Origin: an uncultured Haloferula sp. | GTDB lineage: Bacteria > Verrucomicrobiota > Verrucomicrobiia > Verrucomicrobiales > Akkermansiaceae | Reading direction: 5' to 3' | DNA: 64,000 nt | Assembly (NCBI GenBank): GCA_965652295.1 | Contig: CBFGTS010000005.1 | Location: 192,001 to 256,000 of the forward strand | Shown here: piece by piece, positions 10,962-19,669 of the stretch | How the letters are laid out: every line of letters begins with the position of its first letter | How positions within the stretch are numbered: the stretch's first letter is position 1 | The notes under the pieces: generated by a model | Databases searched by the model: none | Told to the model about the DNA's origin: nothing | What the model saw: only the letters and a program-made list of their open reading frames with translations | Made by a program: the position numbers and the translations under genes

Positions 10962-13549
10962 CCCCGCGTTCCCGGTCGGTCTCCGCCTCGTTGACGCTCC
11001 TCCTGGCCCCGCTGGCCGTGCTGGCGGAGCCGGACCCGCTCACCGCGCCGCTCGCGAAGGAAAACCCGCTCTACCTCGACACCCAAGCGTCGATCGACGA
11101 CCGCGTGGCAGATCTCGTGTCCCGCATGACGCTCGAGGAGAAGGCGCGGGCGCTCAACCACAACGGAGCGGACATCGCGCGCGTCGGCCTCCGCGGCGAC
11201 AAGTGGAACCAATGCCTCAACGGCGTGCAATGGAGCGAGCCCACCACGCTTTTCCCGATCTGCACCGGGTTGGCGGCAACATGGAATCCCGAGTTCGTCC
11301 AAAACGAAGTGGCGCGCGTCCTCTCCGACGAGGCCCGCGGCATCTACAACGGCTGGCGGCGAGACCCCAAGGCCCCCGGTCAGCACAAAGGGCTCATCTA
11401 CCGGGCGCCCGTCATCAACATCGAACGCAACCCGTATTGGGGCCGCAATTACGAGGCTTGGGGCGAGGACCCGTTTCTCACCGGCCGCATGGGCGCCGCC
11501 TACGTGAAGGGTTTGCAAGGCGATGATCCGAAGCACTTGAAAATCGCGTCCACCCTCAAGCATTACGCGGTGAACAATGTCGAGATCGACCGCACGAAGC
11601 TCGACGCGCAGGTGAGCGAGCGCATGCTCCACGAATACTGGCTCCCGCATTTCCGCGACGCCGTCGTCGAGGGCAAGGTGGCCTCGCTCATGGCGAGCTA
11701 CAACGCGATCAACGGCATCCCTAACAACATCAACCACTGGCTCCTCACCGACCTGCTGAAGGATCAGTGGGGCCACGAAGGCTTCGTCGTCTCGGACCTC
11801 GGCGGCGTAAAAACGATGGTCGAGGGCCACGAAAACAAGCAGATGACCTACATCGACGCCGTGGCCCAATCAGTGATGGCCGGCTGCGACTTTTCCGACC
11901 GGGAATACGAGCGACACATCCCGGCCGCCGTGCGAGCAGGCAAACTCACCGAGGAGCGCTTGAACGATGCGCTGACCCGCGTGCTGAAAGTCCGTTTCCG
12001 GCTTGGGGAGTTCGATCCGCTCGACGCGAGCCCCTACTGCCGCATTTCCCGCGACGTCGTCAACAGCGCCGCAAACCACGCCGTCGCGCGAAAAGCCGCG
12101 GAGCAATCCATCGTGCTGCTCCATAATCGCGACGCCCTGCTCCCGCTCGATCCGGCGAAGCTCAAGAAAGTCGCGGTGATCGGTCCCTTCGCGGACCTCG
12201 CAATCACCAATGGCTACAACGGCCGTCACGAAGGCGTGATCACGCCGCTGCGGGGCATCCGCGATGCGCTCGGCAAAGAAACCGAAATCATCTCCGCACA
12301 AGGCGCACGCGGAGTGACGAATCCCGCTCTTCAAAACGATTGGGGGAATGCCAGCGGCGGTCGGAGCTTGAAGATGATCTCCGAGTCGAAAGGAGAGTTC
12401 CTCGAGTTCCCGTTCGAGGCCCCGGTCGAGGGCACCTACGAACTCGCTCTACATTTCAAGGCATATCCCACAAGCGGCGTTTTCCAAACCAGCGTGGACG
12501 GAAAGCCGGTCGGCAAACCGATCGACATGTATGCCGCCGGGAAACGCCACGGCATGCAGGCCGAGATCGGGAGCATGGCCCTTTCGAAAGGACGACACAC
12601 GATCCGTTTCTCGGTCAACGGACGGAACCAGGAAAGCCGCGGCTACATCGGCAGTTTCGACAAGCTGTCACTCTCGGGCGCGGCCAAAGCGGGCGTGGAG
12701 GTCGAGAGGGCTGGCGCGGTCAGCCACCTCGGCAGCGGAGAGACCTTCCTCGCCGAGGGCATCGCCGCCGCGAAGGCTGCGGATACCGTGATCCTCTGCC
12801 TCGGCAGCGACACTCGCAACGAGATGGAGGATCTGGACCGCACCTTCCTCGGTCTGCCGGGCAACCAACTCGAACTCGCTCAAGCCGTGATCGCGGCGAA
12901 TCCCCGCACCGTCGTCGTGCTTTTCGGTGCCGGACCGCTGACCATGCCGTGGCTCAAGGAACACGCACCCGCCATGCTACAGGCGTGGTGGCCCGGACAG
13001 GAGGGCGGTGCCGCCGTCGCCGACGTGCTCCTCGGCAAGGTGAATCCCGCCGGTCGCCTCCCGCACACCGTTTACGCTTCCGAGCAACAGGTGCCATCCA
13101 GCGACGAATACGATATCACCAAGGGCTACACCTACATGTATCTGAACGGCCCACCGCTCTACGCCTTCGGCCACGGCCTCAGCTACACGACCTTCAACTA
13201 CTCGAAACTCCGCCTGAGCGCGAAAAACCTTCCCGCCGACGGCGCGCTCACCGTCGCCGTCGATGTCGAAAACACCGGCAAACGCGCCGGCGACGAGGTA
13301 GCCCAACTCTACGTCCACGAGGTGAAGCCCGTCGTGAAACGCCCCGCCAAAGAACTGCGCGGCTTCCAACGCGTCACCCTCGCTCCCGGCGAAAGACGCA
13401 CGCTCACCTTCACCGTCCCCGCCGCCAAACTCGCCTACTGGGACGAGTCCACTCACGCCTTCGTCGTCAACCCCGGTGCCTTCGAGATCCACGTCGGCGC
13501 CTCCTCCGAGGACATCCGCGAAAAGACCCAAATCAAGGTGATCCGTTGA
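10958..13549 (+). CDS. GH3 beta-glucosidase/beta-xylosidase with an inserted CBM-like domain and C-terminal Fn3-like domain
   Basis: RNPYWGRNYEAWGEDP, KHYA, GFVVSD (nucleophile) and GDEVAQLY...KELRGFQRV motifs. Start overlaps the previous stop (ATGA). Confidence 0.92.
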   Translation: MTPRSRSVSASLTLLLAPLAVLAEPDPLTAPLAKENPLYLDTQASIDDRVADLVSRMTLEEKARALNHNGADIARVGLRGDKWNQCLNGVQWSEPTTLFPICTGLAATWNPEFVQNEVARVLSDEARGIYNGWRRDPKAPGQHKGLIYRAPVINIERNPYWGRNYEAWGEDPFLTGRMGAAYVKGLQGDDPKHLKIASTLKHYAVNNVEIDRTKLDAQVSERMLHEYWLPHFRDAVVEGKVASLMASYNAINGIPNNINHWLLTDLLKDQWGHEGFVVSDLGGVKTMVEGHENKQMTYIDAVAQSVMAGCDFSDREYERHIPAAVRAGKLTEERLNDALTRVLKVRFRLGEFDPLDASPYCRISRDVVNSAANHAVARKAAEQSIVLLHNRDALLPLDPAKLKKVAVIGPFADLAITNGYNGRHEGVITPLRGIRDALGKETEIISAQGARGVTNPALQNDWGNASGGRSLKMISESKGEFLEFPFEAPVEGTYELALHFKAYPTSGVFQTSVDGKPVGKPIDMYAAGKRHGMQAEIGSMALSKGRHTIRFSVNGRNQESRGYIGSFDKLSLSGAAKAGVEVERAGAVSHLGSGETFLAEGIAAAKAADTVILCLGSDTRNEMEDLDRTFLGLPGNQLELAQAVIAANPRTVVVLFGAGPLTMPWLKEHAPAMLQAWWPGQEGGAAVADVLLGKVNPAGRLPHTVYASEQQVPSSDEYDITKGYTYMYLNGPPLYAFGHGLSYTTFNYSKLRLSAKNLPADGALTVAVDVENTGKRAGDEVAQLYVHEVKPVVKRPAKELRGFQRVTLAPGERRTLTFTVPAAKLAYWDESTHAFVVNPGAFEIHVGASSEDIREKTQIKVIR

Positions 13550-15864
13550 TGCTCCGCCGTCTCCATCTCGCCGTTTTCGTCGCGTTCGGTCTCGCCACCT
13601 GTCTGGCGCAGCCGCTGTGCGCCCAGAGCGTTGGCGGGGCGGGGGAGGGGAGCCGCCCCGCCGACCTGCGCTATGCCGGACAACCGGCCGAGCTGGCCGT
13701 CTATCCCTGCACGCCCCGCAGCCTGCGCATCGTCATCGCCCCGCGTCGGGACGGCCGGCCCGCCGTTCTCCCGGATTCGCCGGTCTTCGTTCCCCGAGAC
13801 TGGTCTCCGGCGGCCCTGCGCCTGAGCGACGCGGCCGCCGCGCATGGCGGTGAGACGCGCGTCGGCGCATTTTCCATCCGGATACAATACGCCCCGCTCA
13901 CCCTCACGATCTCCGACGCGGCCGGTCGCCCGGTGCAAACCTTGCGCTTCGATCCCGACGCCGCCGGCTTTGCGTTTCAAACCGGCACGCGGCCCATCCT
14001 CGGGCTCGGCGAAGGCGGCGCGCAGTTTGATCGTAACGGAAAGACCTTTCCCTATTTCAACGGCCAGCACACGCCCGACCGCCCGATCATCGGTGCCCGC
14101 ATCGCCGTGCCCTACCTCCTCGGCACCGAGGGGTGGGCCTTGTTTGTCGTTTCCTCCCCCGGTGCTTTCGACCTCACGAACGGACAGGGAAAATTCCAAC
14201 CCGTCGCCGACGCCCCCGCCGGCCTCGATCTCATCGTCGCCGACGCCCGCGACCCTCAGGCCTGGTTCGGCGAACTCGCCGAACTCACCGGCCGCCCCGT
14301 CCTGCCGCCCAAGTGGGCCCTCGGCTACATGCAGTCGCACCGCACGCTGGAGTCCGCCGCGCAGATTCTGGCGGAGGCCGACGTCTTCCGCCAAAAGCAG
14401 CTGCCCTGCGACGCCCTGATCTTTCTCGGCACCGGCTTCTGCCCCGCCGGCTGGAACACCGGCCACGACTCCCTGGAGTTCAACCCGAAGGTTTTTGAAC
14501 GTCCGCCCGCGGAGGTGCTCGCCGACCTGCATCGCCGGAATTTCCAATTCGTCGTTCACGTCACCCCGCCGCCGGTCGCGCCCCTGAAGGACGCCAAGGG
14601 CAAAACCATCCGCCTGCCCTGGGACGGCGACCGACTGCACGGCACCTTCCAAGACGCGCCGACCGCCAAGGCCAACCCCACCCACATCGCGACCTACTGG
14701 CAACGTCATCGCCCGGCCTTCGCCGCCGGCATCGACGGCTGGTGGCCCGACGAGGGCGATTGGTTCGACATCGAGTCCCGCCTCGCCCGCGCCCGCATGT
14801 ATTACGAGGGCCCGCTCGCGGATCGTCCCGATCGCCGCCCCTGGAACCTCCAGCGCAACGGCTACCTCGGCGTCGCCCGCTACGGCGGCTGGATCTGGTC
14901 GGGCGACGTCGAGTCGCGTTGGCGCGCGCTCGCCGCCCAGGTGCCGGTTGGCATCAACCACTCGCTCAGCGTCTCGCCGTATTGGGGAACGGATACCGGC
15001 GGTTTCCATCCCACGCCCGAATTCACCGGCGAACTGTTTGTGCGCTGGTTTCAGTTTTCCGCCTTTTGTCCCTCGTTCCGCTCGCACGGCCGCGCCTGGC
15101 ACCTGCGCCTTCCCTGGGGCTGGAACACTGCCCAGCCCGGCCCGCTCGAAGGCGCCCGGCCGCCCGCTCCCGGCGAGCTGCCCAACACGCAGGTCGAACC
15201 GATCTGCCGCCAATACCTCGAACTGCGCTACCGCCTGTTGCCCTACACCTACGCCCTCGCGCGACAAGCCCGCGACACCGGCCTGCCGCTCATGCGCGCG
15301 CTCTGGCTGCACTATCCCGACGACGCGACGGCCGCCGCCCGCGGCGACGCATACCTCTGGGGCCGCGACCTGCTCGTCGCGCCCGTCGTGAAACGCGGAG
15401 CGACCGAGCGCCGCGTCTATCTGCCGGCCGGAGACTGGTATGATTGGTGGACCGGCGAGCGCGTCGAAGGCGGCCGCGAGATCGTCCGCCCCGTCGATCT
15501 CGCCACGCTCCCGCTCTACGTCCGCGCCGGCGCGATCATCCCCCTCGACCCGGTCCGCCAATACGCGCTGGAGCCCGTCGCCGGGCCCACCACGCTCCGC
15601 GTCTATCCCGGAGCCAACGGAGACTTCGCCCTCTACGAAGACCAGGGCGACACCAACGATTACCTTCAGGGCGCCTCCGCCACGATTCCCGTTCGCTGGG
15701 ACGACCAAGCCCGCACTCTCACGCTCGGCGCCCGCCAGGGCTCCTACCCGGGCATGCCTGCCCGCCGCGCTTTCCGCATCGTCTGGATGAGGCCCGGACA
15801 CGCCGAGAATCCCCAGTCCACCGAAGTCCGTTACGACGGGTCCCAACTCACACTCCAGCCATGA
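13549..15864 (+). CDS. GH31 alpha-glycosidase (alpha-xylosidase/alpha-glucosidase-like)
   Basis: PKWALGYMQS, DGWWPDEGD, WSGDV, WGTDTGGF, ELFVRWFQF and LPAGDWYDWW motifs. ATG 13549 overlaps the GH3 stop (TGATG) and is followed by a signal peptide. Confidence 0.9.
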   Translation: MLRRLHLAVFVAFGLATCLAQPLCAQSVGGAGEGSRPADLRYAGQPAELAVYPCTPRSLRIVIAPRRDGRPAVLPDSPVFVPRDWSPAALRLSDAAAAHGGETRVGAFSIRIQYAPLTLTISDAAGRPVQTLRFDPDAAGFAFQTGTRPILGLGEGGAQFDRNGKTFPYFNGQHTPDRPIIGARIAVPYLLGTEGWALFVVSSPGAFDLTNGQGKFQPVADAPAGLDLIVADARDPQAWFGELAELTGRPVLPPKWALGYMQSHRTLESAAQILAEADVFRQKQLPCDALIFLGTGFCPAGWNTGHDSLEFNPKVFERPPAEVLADLHRRNFQFVVHVTPPPVAPLKDAKGKTIRLPWDGDRLHGTFQDAPTAKANPTHIATYWQRHRPAFAAGIDGWWPDEGDWFDIESRLARARMYYEGPLADRPDRRPWNLQRNGYLGVARYGGWIWSGDVESRWRALAAQVPVGINHSLSVSPYWGTDTGGFHPTPEFTGELFVRWFQFSAFCPSFRSHGRAWHLRLPWGWNTAQPGPLEGARPPAPGELPNTQVEPICRQYLELRYRLLPYTYALARQARDTGLPLMRALWLHYPDDATAAARGDAYLWGRDLLVAPVVKRGATERRVYLPAGDWYDWWTGERVEGGREIVRPVDLATLPLYVRAGAIIPLDPVRQYALEPVAGPTTLRVYPGANGDFALYEDQGDTNDYLQGASATIPVRWDDQARTLTLGARQGSYPGMPARRAFRIVWMRPGHAENPQSTEVRYDGSQLTLQP

Positions 15865-15955
15865 TAGCGCGTCAGCCCCTACAATGCGCCGCCCCCGATG
15901 GCGCATATCAGTTCAAAATGAGCACCATCATCTGGAACATCCCTGGATCTCCTCA

Positions 15956-17632
15956 ATGAACTACCACAAACGCATCCTCATCCTCGCCGCCACTCTGTGC
16001 CTGTGCACCCATGGTCACGCGGACCCCATCCCGACCACCGCGAAGCCCTCCGTGATCGTCAACACCAAGGATGAGCCGGTCGTTCGCGGCAAATTCAAGC
16101 CCACTTGGACATCCCTCTCCCAATACGAATGCCCGGAGTGGTTCCGCGACGCCAAGTTCGGCATCTGGGCGCACTGGGGACCGCAGTGCGAGCCACACGC
16201 CGGCGACTGGTATGCCCGGCACATGTACATTGAGGGCCGCCCCCAGTATAGAACGCAGATCGAGAAATACGGCCACCCTTCGGAAGCCGGCTTCAAGGAC
16301 GTGATCCACGCGTGGAAGGCCGAGAAGTGGGAACCCGAAAAGCTTGTGGCCCTCTACAAGCGGGTCGGCGCGAAATACTTCTTCGCGATGGCCAACCACC
16401 ACGACAACTTGGATATGTGGGACAGCAAATACCAGCCGTGGAACTCCGTTGCGGTCGGCCCCAAAAAAGACATCATCGGCGGCTGGGCCAAGGCCGCCCG
16501 CGCTCAAGGTCTCCCCTTCGGTGTGAGCGTTCACGCCGCGCATGCCTGGTCTTGGTATGAGGTCGCGCAAGGCGCGGACAAAAACGGCCCCAAGGCCGGC
16601 GTGCCCTACGACGGCAAACTCACCAAGGCCGATGGCAAAGGCAAGTGGTGGGAGGGGCTCGACCCGCAGGATCTCTACGAACAGCGTCACACACCCAGCC
16701 CCGGCTTCGAAAACATGGCGTCCATCCACGCCCGCTGGAACTGGGGCCATGGCGTGACCCAGCCCGACCAAGCCTATTGTGATAAGTTCTACAACCGCAC
16801 CGTCGATCTGATTAACAAGTATCAGCCCGACCTCCTCTACTTCGACGACACCGCGCTGCCGCTCTGGCCGGCGAGCGACGCCGGCCTCCATCTCGCCGCC
16901 CACTTCTACAACACCAACCTCGCCAAACGCGGCCGCAAGGACAACGGCGTCCTGTTCGGCAAGGTCCCCACCGACGACCAACTCGAGTGCTTCACGTGGG
17001 ACATCGAGCGCGGCGTCCCCAACCGCACGCTTCCCTATCCGTGGCAGACCTGCACCTGCATCGGCGGCTGGCACTACAACAACTACGAATACAACCACAA
17101 TCTCTACAAGAGCGCCAAGACCGTCATCCACATGCTCGCCGACATCGTGAGCAAAAACGGCAACCTCCTGCTCAACATCCCCGTCCGCGGCGACGGTGCC
17201 ATTGACGACAAAGCGGAAGCCATCCTCGAAGGCATCGCGACGTGGATGGAAGTGAACAGCGAATCCATCTACCGCACCCGCCCCTGGAAGACCTTTGGCG
17301 AAGGCCCCGCAAGCGAGGGAGTGGAACTTTCCGCCCAAGGCTTCAACGAGGGCAAAGGCAAACCTTTCACCGCCGAGGACATCCGCTACACCGCCTCCAA
17401 AGACGGCAAGACCCTCTACGCCATCGTTTGCGGCATGCCCTCCGGCCCCGTCACCCTCAAGTCCCTCGGAAAAACCGCCGCCCTGCTCGACCGCCCCATT
17501 TCCAAGGTCGGACAACTCGGTACGACCGGAAGCATCGACTGGTCACTTGGTACCGACGCGCTCACCGTCATTCCCGCTTCCGCCAAACCGGCCTCGGATG
17601 CCGCCGTCGTCTTCAAAATCACGTTGAAATAA
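15956..17632 (+). CDS. GH29 alpha-L-fucosidase family protein
   Basis: PEWFRDAKFGIWAHWG, HHDN, LLYFDD and DIVSKNGNLLLNIP motifs; signal peptide from ATG 15956. Confidence 0.92.
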   Translation: MNYHKRILILAATLCLCTHGHADPIPTTAKPSVIVNTKDEPVVRGKFKPTWTSLSQYECPEWFRDAKFGIWAHWGPQCEPHAGDWYARHMYIEGRPQYRTQIEKYGHPSEAGFKDVIHAWKAEKWEPEKLVALYKRVGAKYFFAMANHHDNLDMWDSKYQPWNSVAVGPKKDIIGGWAKAARAQGLPFGVSVHAAHAWSWYEVAQGADKNGPKAGVPYDGKLTKADGKGKWWEGLDPQDLYEQRHTPSPGFENMASIHARWNWGHGVTQPDQAYCDKFYNRTVDLINKYQPDLLYFDDTALPLWPASDAGLHLAAHFYNTNLAKRGRKDNGVLFGKVPTDDQLECFTWDIERGVPNRTLPYPWQTCTCIGGWHYNNYEYNHNLYKSAKTVIHMLADIVSKNGNLLLNIPVRGDGAIDDKAEAILEGIATWMEVNSESIYRTRPWKTFGEGPASEGVELSAQGFNEGKGKPFTAEDIRYTASKDGKTLYAIVCGMPSGPVTLKSLGKTAALLDRPISKVGQLGTTGSIDWSLGTDALTVIPASAKPASDAAVVFKITLK

Positions 17633-17638
17633 AAACCC

Positions 17639-19636
17639 ATGCGCCTTGTCCCCGTCCTTCTCGCCGCCTCCACGCTGGTGGCCGTTTCCGCCTTCGCCGC
17701 CGAGCAACGCGTGAGCTCGCCCGATGGCAAACTCACGCTCGTCGTCTCCGACGACGCCGGCCTCCGCTACCGTGTCGAACTCGACGGCAAGCCGCTCCTC
17801 GCCGATTCCGTCCTCGGCCTCGACTTCGCCGACGGCATCACCCTCGGCCCCGCCGCCAAGATCACCGACACCAAGAAATCGGAGAAGGACGCCACTTGGG
17901 TCGATCCATTCGGACAACAACGCACCGTGCCCGATCGGTTCCACGAGATCCGCGTCGAGCTGCGCGAACCCACGACACCCGCCCGCACCTTCATCCTCGT
18001 CGCCCGCGCCTATGACGAAGGCGTGGCTTTCCGCTACGACCTTCCCGAAGCCTCCGGCCTCGGCGAGTTCACCCTGAACCGCGAACTCACCGAGTTCCGT
18101 TTCCCCGACGACCACCGCGCCTGGGCGGGCGACGAATCGGAGTGCGCCGAAAACACCTACCGCGAGAAAAAGCTCTCGGCCATTCCCCAACAAAGCAAGG
18201 ACGACAAGCCCTTCCGCTCGGTGCTGCCGCTCCTCGTCGAGACGCCCGCCGCCTACGTCGCCGTGGCCGAGTCCGATCTGCTCGACTGGGCCGGCATGTT
18301 CCTCACCGGCACCGGCGAATCCGCCGTGCGCGCCGAACTCGCTCCACGCCAGGACGGACGCGGTGCCGTCGTCGGCAAAGTCCCGATGCACAGCCCGTGG
18401 CGCGTGCTCATGGTCGGCAGAGGTGCCGGCGACCTCGTCACCAACAACCTCGTCGCCACCCTCGCCACCCCGTCCCGCATTTCCGACACCTCTTGGATCA
18501 AACCCGGCATCAGTGCATGGGACGCGTGGTGGACCGGCGTCAACCCGTCCCTCCCTCAATACACAGGCGCCGAGGCCCGCGGCGACAACCGGTCCCACCG
18601 CGAATACATCGATTTCGCCGCCGAGATGGGTTGGCCCTATCAAATCGTGGACTGGTATTGGTATGAACACATGACCGACTGGAGAAAGAGTCTCTTTTCT
18701 CCGCCTAACAATCCGTCCGGCGATTTTACCGAGCCCGCCCCGCACATCGACCTGCCCGGCCTCTTCGACTACGCCAAATCCAAGAACGTCCGCCTTTTCA
18801 TCTGGGGGCACTCCCTCGATCTCGAAATCGCAGGCGTGGAGAAAACCCTCGCCCATTTCGCCTCCCTCGGCGCGGCAGGTCTGAAGATCGACTTCATCAA
18901 CAGCGACTCTCAGGAAGCCGTCCAATGGTGTGTCCGCGTGCTTGAAGCCGCCGCCCGCCACCGCCTCATGGTCAACTTCCACGGCGCCTACAAACCCACC
19001 GGACTCGCCCGCACCTATCCGAACTACATCACCCAGGAAGGCGTCCTCGGCAACGAGTGGAGCAAACTCGGCAATCGGATCGATAACCGCCACTCCCTGA
19101 TCCTTCCATTCACCCGCGGCCTGCTCGGTCCCATGGACTACACCCCCGGCGGTTTCATCAACCGCACGCCGTCCACCTTCAAAGCGACCCATCCCGCCCA
19201 GGTCGTGGGCACGCGCGCCCGTCAGCTTGCCATGACGATCGTCTATCGCAGCCCGCTGCTCGTCCTCTGCGACAGCCCTGCCAACTACCGCGACCAGCCC
19301 GGCGTCGAGTTCTTCCGCGGACTTCCCACCGTCTGGGACGAAAGCGTCGTCCTCTCCGCGGAGATCGACAAACACATCGTCATCGCCCGCCGCTCCGGCA
19401 AGCGATGGTACGTCGGCGCGATGAACGGCGACCAAGCCGCCACGCTCGAAGTCCCGCTCGATTTCCTCGGTTCCAAGGACGGCAAGTGGAAGCTGCGCGA
19501 GTTTGCCGACGACGCCGACCCCGATGCTCCCGAGACCGTCGTGGAAACCACCCGCGAACTCGGCGACGCCCGCACCCTCACCCTGCGCCTCCAGTCCGGC
19601 GGCGGCGGCTACGCGGCCGTCATCAGCCCGGAGTGA
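17639..19636 (+). CDS. GH97 alpha-glycosidase, retaining-type signature (alpha-galactosidase-like)
   Basis: SPDGKL, RAYDEGVAFRY, WIKPG, KIDF, YPNYITQEGVLGNE and PFTRGLLGPMDYTPG motifs. Confidence 0.92.
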   Translation: MRLVPVLLAASTLVAVSAFAAEQRVSSPDGKLTLVVSDDAGLRYRVELDGKPLLADSVLGLDFADGITLGPAAKITDTKKSEKDATWVDPFGQQRTVPDRFHEIRVELREPTTPARTFILVARAYDEGVAFRYDLPEASGLGEFTLNRELTEFRFPDDHRAWAGDESECAENTYREKKLSAIPQQSKDDKPFRSVLPLLVETPAAYVAVAESDLLDWAGMFLTGTGESAVRAELAPRQDGRGAVVGKVPMHSPWRVLMVGRGAGDLVTNNLVATLATPSRISDTSWIKPGISAWDAWWTGVNPSLPQYTGAEARGDNRSHREYIDFAAEMGWPYQIVDWYWYEHMTDWRKSLFSPPNNPSGDFTEPAPHIDLPGLFDYAKSKNVRLFIWGHSLDLEIAGVEKTLAHFASLGAAGLKIDFINSDSQEAVQWCVRVLEAAARHRLMVNFHGAYKPTGLARTYPNYITQEGVLGNEWSKLGNRIDNRHSLILPFTRGLLGPMDYTPGGFINRTPSTFKATHPAQVVGTRARQLAMTIVYRSPLLVLCDSPANYRDQPGVEFFRGLPTVWDESVVLSAEIDKHIVIARRSGKRWYVGAMNGDQAATLEVPLDFLGSKDGKWKLREFADDADPDAPETVVETTRELGDARTLTLRLQSGGGGYAAVISPE

Positions 19637-19669
19637 TTTCACCCGCAAAGTTCGTCGTTCACCCCATCC

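Noticed and set aside
12340..13548. ORF-track N-terminal extensions (12340 for GH31; also 4385, 7292, 15884, 22246, 44295)
   Set aside because: Mostly Arg/Pro-rich off-frame reads through the upstream gene or intergenic DNA; a downstream ATG with a signal peptide exists in each case.
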